Origin: Smithellaceae bacterium
Lineage (GTDB): Bacteria; Desulfobacterota; Syntrophia; Syntrophales; Smithellaceae
DNA length: 64,000 bases
Direction of reading: 5' to 3'
Assembly: GCA_963663295.2 (NCBI GenBank)
Contig: CAXXLA010000002.1
Coordinates: 150,843 to 214,842 of the forward strand
In this document: positions 39,555 through 48,671 of the stretch, piece after piece
How the letters are laid out: each line of letters begins with the position of its first letter
How positions within the stretch are numbered: position 1 is the stretch's first letter
Made by a program: the position numbers and the translations under genes
Notes under the pieces: model-generated
What the model was told of the DNA's origin: nothing
What the model saw: only the letters and a program-made list of their open reading frames with translations
Databases searched by the model: none

Positions 39555-39742
39555 AAAGCATCGTTATAAACAACATTATACAAATCTCTATGAATCAGAA
39601 AAAGGCGTCGCAGAAACTAATTTATTTATTGAAAGGATTGCTTTTTGTTTTTTTTATTGAAAAAAAATCTAAGAGATCAAACGAGGAAGAAGCGGTATCC
39701 TCATCAAGTCAAGCGGGCGACGATATTTATCCTATATTCTAA
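39551..39742 (+). CDS. small hypothetical protein (63 aa), translationally coupled at both ends
   Basis: Its ATG overlaps the upstream TGA (ATGA at 39551..39554). Its TAA overlaps the downstream ATG (TAATG at 39740..39744). MKSIVINNIIQISMNQKKASQKLIYLLKGLLFVFFIEKKSKRSNEEEAVSSSSQAGDDIYPIF has one hydrophobic segment and an acidic tail ending IYPIF. Confidence 0.4.
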   Translation: MKSIVINNIIQISMNQKKASQKLIYLLKGLLFVFFIEKKSKRSNEEEAVSSSSQAGDDIYPIF

Positions 39743-41730
39743 TGGCTGATCAAACGATATTTATTCTTGGTGATTCCACCAGCATGTCCATCGGCTGCGA
39801 GCGGCATATGTATCCATTTATTATGGCTGACAGCAGCTGTTGGCCGGAAGGAATAGAAATTATCAATTGTTCCCAACCCGGTTTTACATCCGCCGACGCC
39901 TGTGCGTTCTTCTTCCGCCACTGGAAGAATTACCCCGGCCTCAAAGCAGTGGTGATATATTTGGGTACATGTGACGCAGCTTCCTGGGAGCTGCGTAAAG
40001 GTAAATATACATTCTTCCGGGAAAATGTGATTCGGTTCAGGGAGCTTTGCGGGTTGAAGAAAGAACGCACCCGGTTGAAAAATCGTCTTCTCCCTTTGGA
40101 ATGGAATAATACTTTTAATCCTTTGATCGAATTACCGGAAACGCCGGAAGATTATGAGTTCAATGTTTCCAGGATTGTCAAGGCCTGTCTGAAATCATCT
40201 ATTCCTGTTGCCGTGATTCGTCCCAAAGCAAATCGTCTGTTTTACCCGGGTTTGGGGAAAGGAAATTTTGTATTTTACAGTTATCTGGGATTGCATGAAA
40301 AACTGTCACATAAGCTTGCAATTTCCGATAAACGATTTGTGGAGGCAATGAGCCTTCAAGAAGCAGGCGATTTCGGGAAAGCAGCTGAAAAATATCGTGA
40401 AATACTGCTGAACTCGGGACCGTTGTCACTGCATTATGAATACCCTCTGCTCATAGTCAATAACTATGCGGTCTGTGTTGCTCAAAAAGGAGAATTAGAT
40501 GAAGCGGAATCTTTGCTTCTTCTTCTTTTAAAGGAAAGAAATGTCAGACGGGAAATAGTTATTTTTAACCTGGCTGAAATTTACCGGATGCGCGGGGATA
40601 ATGAGAAATATCAGAAATACCTTGCTGAATCTTATGAGGCCGATTGCTCAATGTACCGTATTCGGGCACCTTATCTTAAAGCTCTTGACAACATATCAAC
40701 GATGCACGGGAAAAATGTCGATGTTATCGATATTTCGCAATTTATAGATGATGATCTTTACGTGGATCATACCCATCCTTTAAAAGAAGGTCAGCAGCAG
40801 ATAGCGAACAGAATTATTGAATATTTTAGGAGCAAAGGACTATCCGGAGCGCATAAGGCGGAGATAAAAAACATATTATACAATCCGGAATTATCTCTCG
40901 GAAATAATACGGAATTTTTTAATTATTTCAGAACGTATTCTCCTTTTTCAGAAAAAGAGATTAAGGTACACCTGGATTGTATACGATCTGCGAATAATAC
41001 ATCTGAGTATGGAACAAATCTGCTTCAGTCATTGCCGAAAGAACTGAAGACGGCGATAAATTATCATTTACAGCATCCCTGTTTTCCCGAGCTTAAATTT
41101 CTTGTTCATTATGGTCCCAAGTATCCAAGTGATGTCGGAAGATTTCCGGAATATTTTTTAGTCCGGCATCTTATCCCCTATATCAGGTTTTATGAACGGG
41201 AGCAGGAACTTAACAAAATGTTTCCGATAAAAGAAGGTATCCTTCGAACATCGAAGGAACTTTCTGCTGTTTTACCGGAGGACATTGTGCCTCTTGTATC
41301 AGGTGAAGATCCTCTCATCGAATCGTCCCTGGAATCACAAAGGCTTCCGGCAATTCTGTCTGCCTGCAAAAAGAAATTGTTGAGCCATCTTCTTGACGGT
41401 AACCAGGTATATCCACGTATTAAAACCACTATCTTCTGGTATTTCAGAGAAACTCTTCGTTATGGTTCTCATTCACGCATTTCTATGAGATATGATAGAA
41501 CTCTCCTGGAATATATCGCGGAAGCTTTAGCTGTAGCTGCACTTTTGAATTGGAGGCTGCAGTCTGATCGCGGACAGGAGATAAAGGAACTTATTCAGCG
41601 GCTGGAAGAAACGGTCCTTATACACGAGCAGTATTGTCGTAAGTTCAAATTAAGTAATGAATCGGAATCTCTGCTGGAAGAATATAACGGGCGGTTGCAG
41701 AAAATAGCAAACAAATTGGAACATTATTAA
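39742..41730 (+). CDS. multidomain protein: SGNH hydrolase with inserted TPR-like repeats + ~290-aa C-terminal domain of unknown function
   Basis: IFILGDSTSMSIG (GDS block I), VIYLGTCDA, TPR-like AMSLQEAGDFGKAAEKYREIL...NLAEIYRMRGDNEKYQKYLAESYEAD, then YVDHTHPLKEGQQQIANRI (DxxH block V). I recognise nothing in the C-terminal half. Confidence 0.55.
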   Translation: MADQTIFILGDSTSMSIGCERHMYPFIMADSSCWPEGIEIINCSQPGFTSADACAFFFRHWKNYPGLKAVVIYLGTCDAASWELRKGKYTFFRENVIRFRELCGLKKERTRLKNRLLPLEWNNTFNPLIELPETPEDYEFNVSRIVKACLKSSIPVAVIRPKANRLFYPGLGKGNFVFYSYLGLHEKLSHKLAISDKRFVEAMSLQEAGDFGKAAEKYREILLNSGPLSLHYEYPLLIVNNYAVCVAQKGELDEAESLLLLLLKERNVRREIVIFNLAEIYRMRGDNEKYQKYLAESYEADCSMYRIRAPYLKALDNISTMHGKNVDVIDISQFIDDDLYVDHTHPLKEGQQQIANRIIEYFRSKGLSGAHKAEIKNILYNPELSLGNNTEFFNYFRTYSPFSEKEIKVHLDCIRSANNTSEYGTNLLQSLPKELKTAINYHLQHPCFPELKFLVHYGPKYPSDVGRFPEYFLVRHLIPYIRFYEREQELNKMFPIKEGILRTSKELSAVLPEDIVPLVSGEDPLIESSLESQRLPAILSACKKKLLSHLLDGNQVYPRIKTTIFWYFRETLRYGSHSRISMRYDRTLLEYIAEALAVAALLNWRLQSDRGQEIKELIQRLEETVLIHEQYCRKFKLSNESESLLEEYNGRLQKIANKLEHY

Positions 41731-41744
41731 AGCGGGAATAATAT

Positions 41745-43586
41745 ATGTACATTTTGGGGATATCAGCTTTTTACCACGATAGCGCGGCGTGTCTTATTAA
41801 AGACGGAGAAATTATTGCTGCGGCCCAGGAAGAACGCTTTTCAAGAATAAAACATGATTATCGTTTTCCTGAAAAGGCCATCCGGTTTTGTCTTGAGTAT
41901 GCAGGTATTTCTTCCAAAGACTTGGCAGCCGTTGCCTTTTACGAAAAATCGTCCATTAAGTTCGACCGGTTGATTAAAACATATCTCATGTATGCGCCTG
42001 ACGGCCTGAAGTCGTTTCTTGCCTCCATGCCGCTCTGGGTCAGTCAAAAACTCTGGATAAAATCGGAGTTGAAAAAATTACTGGGTTATGCGGGGAAGAT
42101 ATATTTTCCCGAACATCATGAATCACATGCCGCCAGTGCTTTTTTCCCTTCACCGTTTGAGCATGCTGCGTTTCTGACAATGGACGGAGTCGGTGAATGG
42201 ACGACTACAAGCTTTGGAAATGGCGATGGCAATAATATACAAATCCTCAAAGAAATTCATTTTCCTCATTCGTTGGGACTGCTTTATTCCGCCTTTACTT
42301 ATTACACCGGCTTTAAGGTTAATTCGGGGGAATACAAACTCATGGGGCTTGCACCATATGGGGATCCTGTTTATGTCGATGTTATTTATAATAAGCTCAT
42401 TGATGTCAAAGAAGACGGATCATTCCGCTTAAATATGGATTATTTTAATTACTGTACCGGTTTTACGATGACAAACGACAAATTTGACGCCCTCTTCGGA
42501 AGAGGGCCAAGGAAACCGGAAAGTGATATAACCCAACTGGATATGGACCTGGCCAGATCAATACAGCTGGTGACGGAAGACATTGTTCTCAAGATCGGTC
42601 GTTATGTTCACAAAGTAACGGGTAAAAAGAATTTGTGTCTGGCCGGAGGAGTAACCTTGAATTGCGTATCCAATGGTCGCCTCTTCCGGGAAGGTCCGTT
42701 TGAAAATATATGGATTCAGCCTGCTGCTGGAGATGCAGGTGGTGCAGTGGGTGCTGCCCTTTATACATGGTACCAGATTCTTGCTAATCCCAGAAAAATA
42801 AACCGGGAAATGGATGCGCAGCAGGGAACGTATCTGGGACCGGCTTACTCTGATGAAGATATACTCAGTTTTATCGATAGTCGAGGAATTCCCGCTAACC
42901 GGCTTATAAAAGAAGAATTGCCGGGGAAAATCGCCGATATCATTGCCGACGAGGCGGTTGTCGGATGGTTTCAAGGGCGGATGGAATTTGGCCCCCGCGC
43001 ACTGGGTTCACGAAGTATCCTGGGAGATGCACGTTCACCGAAAATGCAGACGGTGATGAATCTCAAAATTAAATTTCGGGAGAGTTTCAGGCCGTTTGCT
43101 CCATCAGTTCTTTGTGAAGAAGTGGCCCACTGGTTCGATATGGATGGTAACCGTCCCATGGGGCAACAGTTCAAATCACCGTATATGTTGATGGTGGGAC
43201 ATGTCAGGAATGATAAATGTATAGAGGAAGGAAAAGTTCCGGAACAGCTAAAAGGTATAGACCGGCTTAAAGTGGTGCGTTCGGAAATACCTGCCGTAAC
43301 GCATGTTGATTGTTCAGCCAGAATTCAGACTGTTCATCGGGAAACAAACGAAACTTTTTATAAAATGATAGAATCTTTTTATAAAAAGACAGGTTGTCCG
43401 GTTGTAATTAACACATCTTTTAATGTTCGGGGAGAACCTATAGTGGAGAGTCCGGAAGATGCCTATCGTTGCTTCATGCGGACGGAAATGGATTATCTGG
43501 TAATGGGCTCTTTTCTTCTTAAGAAGAAGGACCAACCGCCCTATGTTGAAACCAAAGATTGGCGAAAAGAATTTCAACTTGATTAA
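41745..43586 (+). CDS. carbamoyltransferase (NodU/CmcH family), copy 2
   Basis: 613 aa. Contains ILGISAFYHDSAACLIKDGEIIAAAQEERFSRIKHD, FPEHHESHAASAF, GEYKLMGLAPYG, LCLAGGVTLNC and INTSFNVRGEPIVESPEDAYRCF. Paralog of 16019..17878. Confidence 0.9.
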   Translation: MYILGISAFYHDSAACLIKDGEIIAAAQEERFSRIKHDYRFPEKAIRFCLEYAGISSKDLAAVAFYEKSSIKFDRLIKTYLMYAPDGLKSFLASMPLWVSQKLWIKSELKKLLGYAGKIYFPEHHESHAASAFFPSPFEHAAFLTMDGVGEWTTTSFGNGDGNNIQILKEIHFPHSLGLLYSAFTYYTGFKVNSGEYKLMGLAPYGDPVYVDVIYNKLIDVKEDGSFRLNMDYFNYCTGFTMTNDKFDALFGRGPRKPESDITQLDMDLARSIQLVTEDIVLKIGRYVHKVTGKKNLCLAGGVTLNCVSNGRLFREGPFENIWIQPAAGDAGGAVGAALYTWYQILANPRKINREMDAQQGTYLGPAYSDEDILSFIDSRGIPANRLIKEELPGKIADIIADEAVVGWFQGRMEFGPRALGSRSILGDARSPKMQTVMNLKIKFRESFRPFAPSVLCEEVAHWFDMDGNRPMGQQFKSPYMLMVGHVRNDKCIEEGKVPEQLKGIDRLKVVRSEIPAVTHVDCSARIQTVHRETNETFYKMIESFYKKTGCPVVINTSFNVRGEPIVESPEDAYRCFMRTEMDYLVMGSFLLKKKDQPPYVETKDWRKEFQLD

Positions 43587-43598
43587 GGAATATTTGTC

Positions 43599-43763
43599 AT
43601 GCTGAATAAAATTACTGCTTTTATACTCCAATTCTGCCTTACTTTGCTTTTTTTTGTTTTTTTAACACCGGTGGGATGGATTTTACGTAAGCTGGGCGTT
43701 GACTATATGTCACGGGATTTTGATAGGGCAAGTACTTCATATTGGACGGATAGAAAAAAATAA
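43599..43763 (+). CDS. small membrane protein resembling the C-terminal half of SxtJ (54 aa; below ORF-track cutoff)
   Basis: The ATG at 43599 lies 8 nt after AAGGAA. MLNKITAFILQFCLTLLFFVFLTPVGWILRKLGVDYMSRDFDRASTSYWTDRKK. The segment LLFFVFLTPVGWILRKLGVD aligns by eye with ILTVIFFILVLPVGLLRRVMGKD of the SxtJ-like protein at 18054..18470. Confidence 0.45.
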   Translation: MLNKITAFILQFCLTLLFFVFLTPVGWILRKLGVDYMSRDFDRASTSYWTDRKK

Positions 43764-43813
43764 AAACATAAAATAAATTCTGTTTTCGGTTTCTTAAAGA
43801 TAGAGAGGGATTG

Positions 43814-45610
43814 ATGAAGAATATTTACAACATAATAGAAGTTGCCAATACACATGGAGGAGACGCCTCCTATGTAGAAAATCTTGTGGATGAATTTAGT
43901 GACTTAAAAGGCGTCTTTGGTATCAAGTTTCAGCCATTTCATTATGACCGGACTGCATTACCGGACTTTCGGGCATATAATCTTTATAAAAAACTTTACT
44001 TTCCTCCTGACCAGTGGGCGGATTTAATAAAAAAAGCACACAAGACGAAGGATGTCTGGATTGATGTATTTGACGAGTACAGCTGTGAAATAATCAAGGC
44101 AAATTTGGATTCAATTACCGGCCTTAAATTTCAGGCATCCATCTTGTATAACAGTGGCGTCATTCGTAACCTTTCCGGTCTTGACTTAAGATCTAAAAAA
44201 ATTATTTTGAACATTTCCGGAATTGAGCTCTCCAGAATTGCTCCTTTGATCGAGGTGTTCAAGTCAAGGTTGAACCCGCAATCTATTATTCTGCAGGTCG
44301 GTTTTCAGGCTTATCCAACCGAACCGGAAGACGGCGGATTGCAGAAAATTAAAACACTTAAAGAACATTTCGGGACCCATGCGCTTAGTTTTGCCGATCA
44401 CACATCACCTGACAAAGAAGAATCACGTTTGCTCCCGATTATGGCGACAGTTCTTGGTGTCACTTATCTGGAAAAACATGTAAGGCTGTCGGGACCAAAA
44501 CCGGAGTACGATTTTCAGTCGGCGATGGACAAGCAGCAGTACTTGTCTTATCTGGAGGTTATGGAAACCTGCCGGAATTGCTTAGAGTCACCATTCATTA
44601 ATGACAAGGAAAAAACTTATCTTAAAAAATCTATTCAAGTCCCTGTCTTAAAGCGGAACATCCGTGCGGGCAGGCTTATAGACATGGAAAACGATCTTGA
44701 TTTCCGCAGGACTAATCAAGCGGGGCTTTCTGCTGACGAAATTACGGAGCTTGTTAATAATTATTATATCCTTGGGCAGAGTAAAAAAATTGGTGAAACC
44801 CTGCGCAAGGAAGATTTTAAAAAAGCAAATATTGCCGTCGTTATCGGCTGCCGGATGAAATCAACAAGGCTTCCCCGAAAAGCAGTTTTGAAAATCGGGG
44901 AGTTAAGTTCTGTCGAACTCTGCCTGAAAACCGCTCTTCGTTTCAAGAATGTCAATCATGTAATTTTGGCGACTTCATGGCTTGAAGAAGATGCCGAACT
45001 GGAAAAATACACCTACTCAGAGCAGGTTATTTTAGAGAAAGGCCATCCCGACGACGTACTGGATCGATATGTTCAGGTTGTAGATAAATATAAGATTGAC
45101 GTAGTGGTAAGAGCTACAGCCGATATGCCTTACTTGTCCGCAGAAATTTTCGATTTTCTGCTTGATTCTCATTTTCGCAGTGGAGCTGATTATACAAAAG
45201 CGAAAAAGATGGCAGTGGGAACGAGTATATCCATTACCAATGGAGAAGCCTTCCGGCGGGCGAAGTACTATTTTCCTGATGCCGAATACTCTGAATACCT
45301 GACATACTATTTTCTTAATAACCCGAATCATTTCAAACTTAATATGGTGGATTTGCCGCCGGAATTTATTCGCGATTACCGGCTGACGGTTGATTATCAG
45401 GAAGATCTTGATGTGTTTAACTTGATAGAAGCTCACCTGAAGGCCGACAATCTGGAACCTACCATATACAACATATTTGATTTTCTTGATCATAATCCAA
45501 ATGTTGTAGCCATGAACAAAAACATGATCATGACATATGAAGTTGATCAGGCCCTGATAAAAAAAATCAAAGAGCATTCAACAATCAACGTGCCTCCTCT
45601 TGCCGACTGA
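43814..45610 (+). CDS. fusion protein: NeuB-like sugar-acid synthase domain + SAF domain + SpsF/PseF-type cytidylyltransferase
   Basis: N-terminal IIEVANTHGGDASYVENLVDEFSDLKGVFGIKFQ is the NeuB-family IAEIGxNHxG...KxQ pattern. The middle segment VLKRNIRAGRLIDMENDLDFRRT is SAF-like. C-terminal NIAVVIGCRMKSTRLPRKAVLKIG...VILATS...VVRATADMPY is COG1861/CTP_transf_3-like. Confidence 0.65.
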   Translation: MKNIYNIIEVANTHGGDASYVENLVDEFSDLKGVFGIKFQPFHYDRTALPDFRAYNLYKKLYFPPDQWADLIKKAHKTKDVWIDVFDEYSCEIIKANLDSITGLKFQASILYNSGVIRNLSGLDLRSKKIILNISGIELSRIAPLIEVFKSRLNPQSIILQVGFQAYPTEPEDGGLQKIKTLKEHFGTHALSFADHTSPDKEESRLLPIMATVLGVTYLEKHVRLSGPKPEYDFQSAMDKQQYLSYLEVMETCRNCLESPFINDKEKTYLKKSIQVPVLKRNIRAGRLIDMENDLDFRRTNQAGLSADEITELVNNYYILGQSKKIGETLRKEDFKKANIAVVIGCRMKSTRLPRKAVLKIGELSSVELCLKTALRFKNVNHVILATSWLEEDAELEKYTYSEQVILEKGHPDDVLDRYVQVVDKYKIDVVVRATADMPYLSAEIFDFLLDSHFRSGADYTKAKKMAVGTSISITNGEAFRRAKYYFPDAEYSEYLTYYFLNNPNHFKLNMVDLPPEFIRDYRLTVDYQEDLDVFNLIEAHLKADNLEPTIYNIFDFLDHNPNVVAMNKNMIMTYEVDQALIKKIKEHSTINVPPLAD

Positions 45611-45615
45611 AAGTA

Positions 45616-46671
45616 ATGGCGGAATCCCAATTTCTTTTTCGAGTTGACGCTAATAAGCAAATCGGTACAGGACATTTTTACCGCTGCCTGTATATAGCCC
45701 GTTTGCTGAAAGCAAAGGGGGCAATATCGGTTTTTTTTATGGCCGATGCAGATAAAACTATTTTTGATATCTTGAAAACAGAAGGTCTGGGATTGGTAGA
45801 TGTTCCGAATGATCAAAAATTTACAGCACATTTCCTTTACGAATATTCTCTGATAAGTAATATAAAGGAGTCGCTGCTTGTTGTCGACTGTCCATATCCC
45901 GATTTTTATCGGCAATCTTTTCAAGATGCGATATGCAGCCGGGCAGGCAGGGTCATGATGATTACGTTTCGTAACGAGAGCCACTTCAAAGCAGATGTTG
46001 TTCATAATCAGAACCTTTTTGCCTTGACCGAGGAATATTCCGCAGAACCTCATGCACGTCTTCTTTTAGGACCGGAATATATCATTCTTGATGAAAGATA
46101 TTTAACGCTCCGACATAACAACAGGGATGTCCGCAACAGGGTCGAAACTTTGTTTGTTTTCTTTGGTGGAGTGGACAGCAGCGGTCTGACTCTAAAAGTA
46201 CTAAGTGCTCTGACTATGCTGGAAGAAAGACCCGGGAAAATTGTTACCGTTGTCGGCGCTTTATACGGGCAGGAGAGAGAACTGAGAAAGTTTCTTCATA
46301 ATCATCCTGAACTCCCTGTAGAACTTCATGTTAACACTTCCGATATGCCCTTACTGATGGCCAAAGCCGATCTGGCAATAACCTCGGGGGGGATGAGTAT
46401 CTGGGAGTTAGCCTGTCTGGGAATTCCCGATATAATTATTTCGACTTCGGAAAGAGAAAAAGTACACACGCCGCTTTTGGATCAACGGGGTGCCTGTTTA
46501 TATATTGGGCATTATGATGAAGTTTTGGAAAAACAGATAACGGATTCTGTTAGAAAAATTGCCGGGGACAGACAACAAAGAGAAGCAATGTCTAAAGCCG
46601 CTATGAATGTCGTTGACGGCAAAGGCACACAGAAAGTCGTCCAGCATATGATGGAATTGCTGGTGCAATAA
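45616..46671 (+). CDS. pseG: UDP-2,4-diacetamido-2,4,6-trideoxy-beta-L-altropyranose hydrolase, PseG
   Basis: FLFRVDANKQIGTGHFYRCLYIARLL is the PseG N-terminal motif. FVFFGGVDSSGLT and ADLAITSGGMSIWELACLGIP are the GT-B/MurG-like C-terminal features. Confidence 0.8.
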   Translation: MAESQFLFRVDANKQIGTGHFYRCLYIARLLKAKGAISVFFMADADKTIFDILKTEGLGLVDVPNDQKFTAHFLYEYSLISNIKESLLVVDCPYPDFYRQSFQDAICSRAGRVMMITFRNESHFKADVVHNQNLFALTEEYSAEPHARLLLGPEYIILDERYLTLRHNNRDVRNRVETLFVFFGGVDSSGLTLKVLSALTMLEERPGKIVTVVGALYGQERELRKFLHNHPELPVELHVNTSDMPLLMAKADLAITSGGMSIWELACLGIPDIIISTSEREKVHTPLLDQRGACLYIGHYDEVLEKQITDSVRKIAGDRQQREAMSKAAMNVVDGKGTQKVVQHMMELLVQ

Positions 46672-46721
46672 CGTTCATTATCTTTTCAGAAGTTTTAATC
46701 AAAAAGGAGGAGTATTAATAG

Positions 46722-47711
46722 GTGACAGCTAAGATTATCTCTTGGGATGATGCCAATGTCGAAGAACTCAGAGATCTTTATTTAAAATATCCTTATCCAC
46801 CATACTGGGGCTCTCCCATCGTTAATGAAAACCTTCAAGAGTATCGTTTTAAAAAAGTCTGCCGTACCGCTGCTGAAAATCGGGAAAGCATGATCGTCGT
46901 CTGTATAGATGGTAAAATTTATGCTGCAGCTTTACTGGCACGGGTTAACCATCTTTCCGACAAATTCCAGGTTGAGGTTGCAAGTATTGAAAATGAAGCA
47001 TTTATCATCGATGGCTCTGACAAGGCCTGCAAGGCTAAATACGAACTCATCCGAACATTGCGAGAGCTGGCCGTAAAGCGAGGATTTATTTTTCTGTCGG
47101 CCTCAATAGCTTCTCCTGCTTTTCAATGGTTGCGAGCACTTGAAGAAAACGGGTTCCGTTACGCAGACGGATTTCTGCATGTTGTATCATCGGCGGCTGA
47201 TAATTACGATGATGTGCTGTTGAAGGATATTGTGGTTCGAGATCCTATTGATTCGGATTTCGAGGAAATCGCTTATAGTTACGAGCAAGTTCCGTTTCCC
47301 AGTCATTGGTTATACGAACCTGAATTTGATAAAGCAAAGATGGTCGAACTTTATGTTAAACGTTATCGTGAAGTTTATAAACAAAAGGAAGGACGGCTCT
47401 TGATAGGAGAATTAGACGGTAAGTTTGCCAGCGCTCTAATCAGCCTTATTGATAAAGATATTCAGAAGGAAACAGGAATAATAGTGAATCCGCTCTCCAT
47501 GGGAATCATTGTACACCCAAGAGCTGCCAGAAAAGGTGTCTCTCTTAGTCTGGTTGCCTATAGACACAACTGGTATCGTACAATGGGGCTGAAGTACGGA
47601 TATTTTGGAGCAAACATCAATAATTATCAGATGATTCGTGGCTTGGAAAAAATGGGTATGAAATACGCCGGAATAAACATGAGTCTTATGCTCAGGCTCA
47701 GGAAAAGTTGA
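46722..47711 (+). CDS. tandem GNAT-like N-acetyltransferase (PseH candidate)
   Basis: 329 aa, GTG start after AAAGGAGGAG. Two GNAT-like halves. The second has motif A-like VHPRAARKGVSLSLV and ...MIRGLEKMGMKYAG. Weak family-level call. Confidence 0.45.
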   Translation: MTAKIISWDDANVEELRDLYLKYPYPPYWGSPIVNENLQEYRFKKVCRTAAENRESMIVVCIDGKIYAAALLARVNHLSDKFQVEVASIENEAFIIDGSDKACKAKYELIRTLRELAVKRGFIFLSASIASPAFQWLRALEENGFRYADGFLHVVSSAADNYDDVLLKDIVVRDPIDSDFEEIAYSYEQVPFPSHWLYEPEFDKAKMVELYVKRYREVYKQKEGRLLIGELDGKFASALISLIDKDIQKETGIIVNPLSMGIIVHPRAARKGVSLSLVAYRHNWYRTMGLKYGYFGANINNYQMIRGLEKMGMKYAGINMSLMLRLRKS

Positions 47712-47723
47712 ACTCAGAACATA

Positions 47724-48665
47724 ATGGAACCTTTAGCGCATAATTGCCAAAAAATGAACAAACAGGATATTCATCCTTCAACGGATTGTTTATCAAATCA
47801 AGAATTTCTTAATCTATACTATAGGCTACGTGATGAGGCCCGGATTATACCGGAAGGATCTTTCTACCCTAATATTCAATTGCTCTGCGCCACTCCTTTT
47901 GAAAGAGAAAAGGACAGGAGAGAACAGCATCAATGGCAGCAGGATAATAATCCCTGGACGGACGTGACTGAATGGTATCATCAGGCTAAAGATCAGTCTT
48001 GTGTCTGGTGGCTGGAAAATCATGTCATAGCTAAGCATGCCATAACAAGTTGTATGAGTTGCGGAGCATGTACGGCGCTTTGCCCGGCTGCCGAGTTTTA
48101 CGAATTCAGCCCACGGGAAATTATGACAATGGTACAGGAAAAGCAGGAAGATGCTTTAGTTGAACTGCTGAAATCGGATTTTTTGTGGTATTGCCACCAA
48201 TGTGGTTCCTGCAAAACAAAATGTCCCCGTCAAAATAGCCCCTTTGGTATGATTTCTTCTTTGCGGCAGTTAAGTCAGCTTAAAGGTTATCATGTGGAGA
48301 GCATTCGCGGCAGACAACAATACTTTGCGCGTCACTTGTGGGGTGGTAACCTCTGGAACAGAGCCTGCACACTTTATTTCAGGAATGCTCATCCTGACAA
48401 ACATCTGGATTTCGGTCCTCGCTTTGCCACGTATTTCAAAAGACAGGAAGAATACATGAAAAAAGTAGGCGCGCACCCTGATATGGAAGGTCCTTATTCC
48501 GGACGTAAAGTTCATCCTGAAACATTGGATGAGTTAAGAAAATTATGGATGGCTGGCGGCGCATTGTTTTTCTGGTCGCTGATCGATCAGGCTGCCGAGA
48601 AACAGGCCGCGGAAATGGGGCTTTCCGTCGAAGAATATCATGAAAAAGTTAAAACAGAAGGTTAA
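47724..48665 (+). CDS. HdrC-like 2x[4Fe-4S] ferredoxin-domain protein with N- and C-terminal extensions
   Basis: CMSCGACTALCP (aa 110-121) and CHQCGSCKTKCP with HdrC-type spacing (..FSPREIM...LWYC..). 313 aa, against about 190 for typical HdrC. Confidence 0.7.
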   Translation: MEPLAHNCQKMNKQDIHPSTDCLSNQEFLNLYYRLRDEARIIPEGSFYPNIQLLCATPFEREKDRREQHQWQQDNNPWTDVTEWYHQAKDQSCVWWLENHVIAKHAITSCMSCGACTALCPAAEFYEFSPREIMTMVQEKQEDALVELLKSDFLWYCHQCGSCKTKCPRQNSPFGMISSLRQLSQLKGYHVESIRGRQQYFARHLWGGNLWNRACTLYFRNAHPDKHLDFGPRFATYFKRQEEYMKKVGAHPDMEGPYSGRKVHPETLDELRKLWMAGGALFFWSLIDQAAEKQAAEMGLSVEEYHEKVKTEG

Positions 48666-48671
48666 TAGTTA

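Noticed and set aside
45032-46053. Two minus-strand ORFs (181 and 168 aa) across the cytidylyltransferase/pseG junction
   Set aside because: They are antisense to two well-supported plus-strand genes in a strictly plus-strand operon. Their translations are I/F/K-rich and low-complexity.
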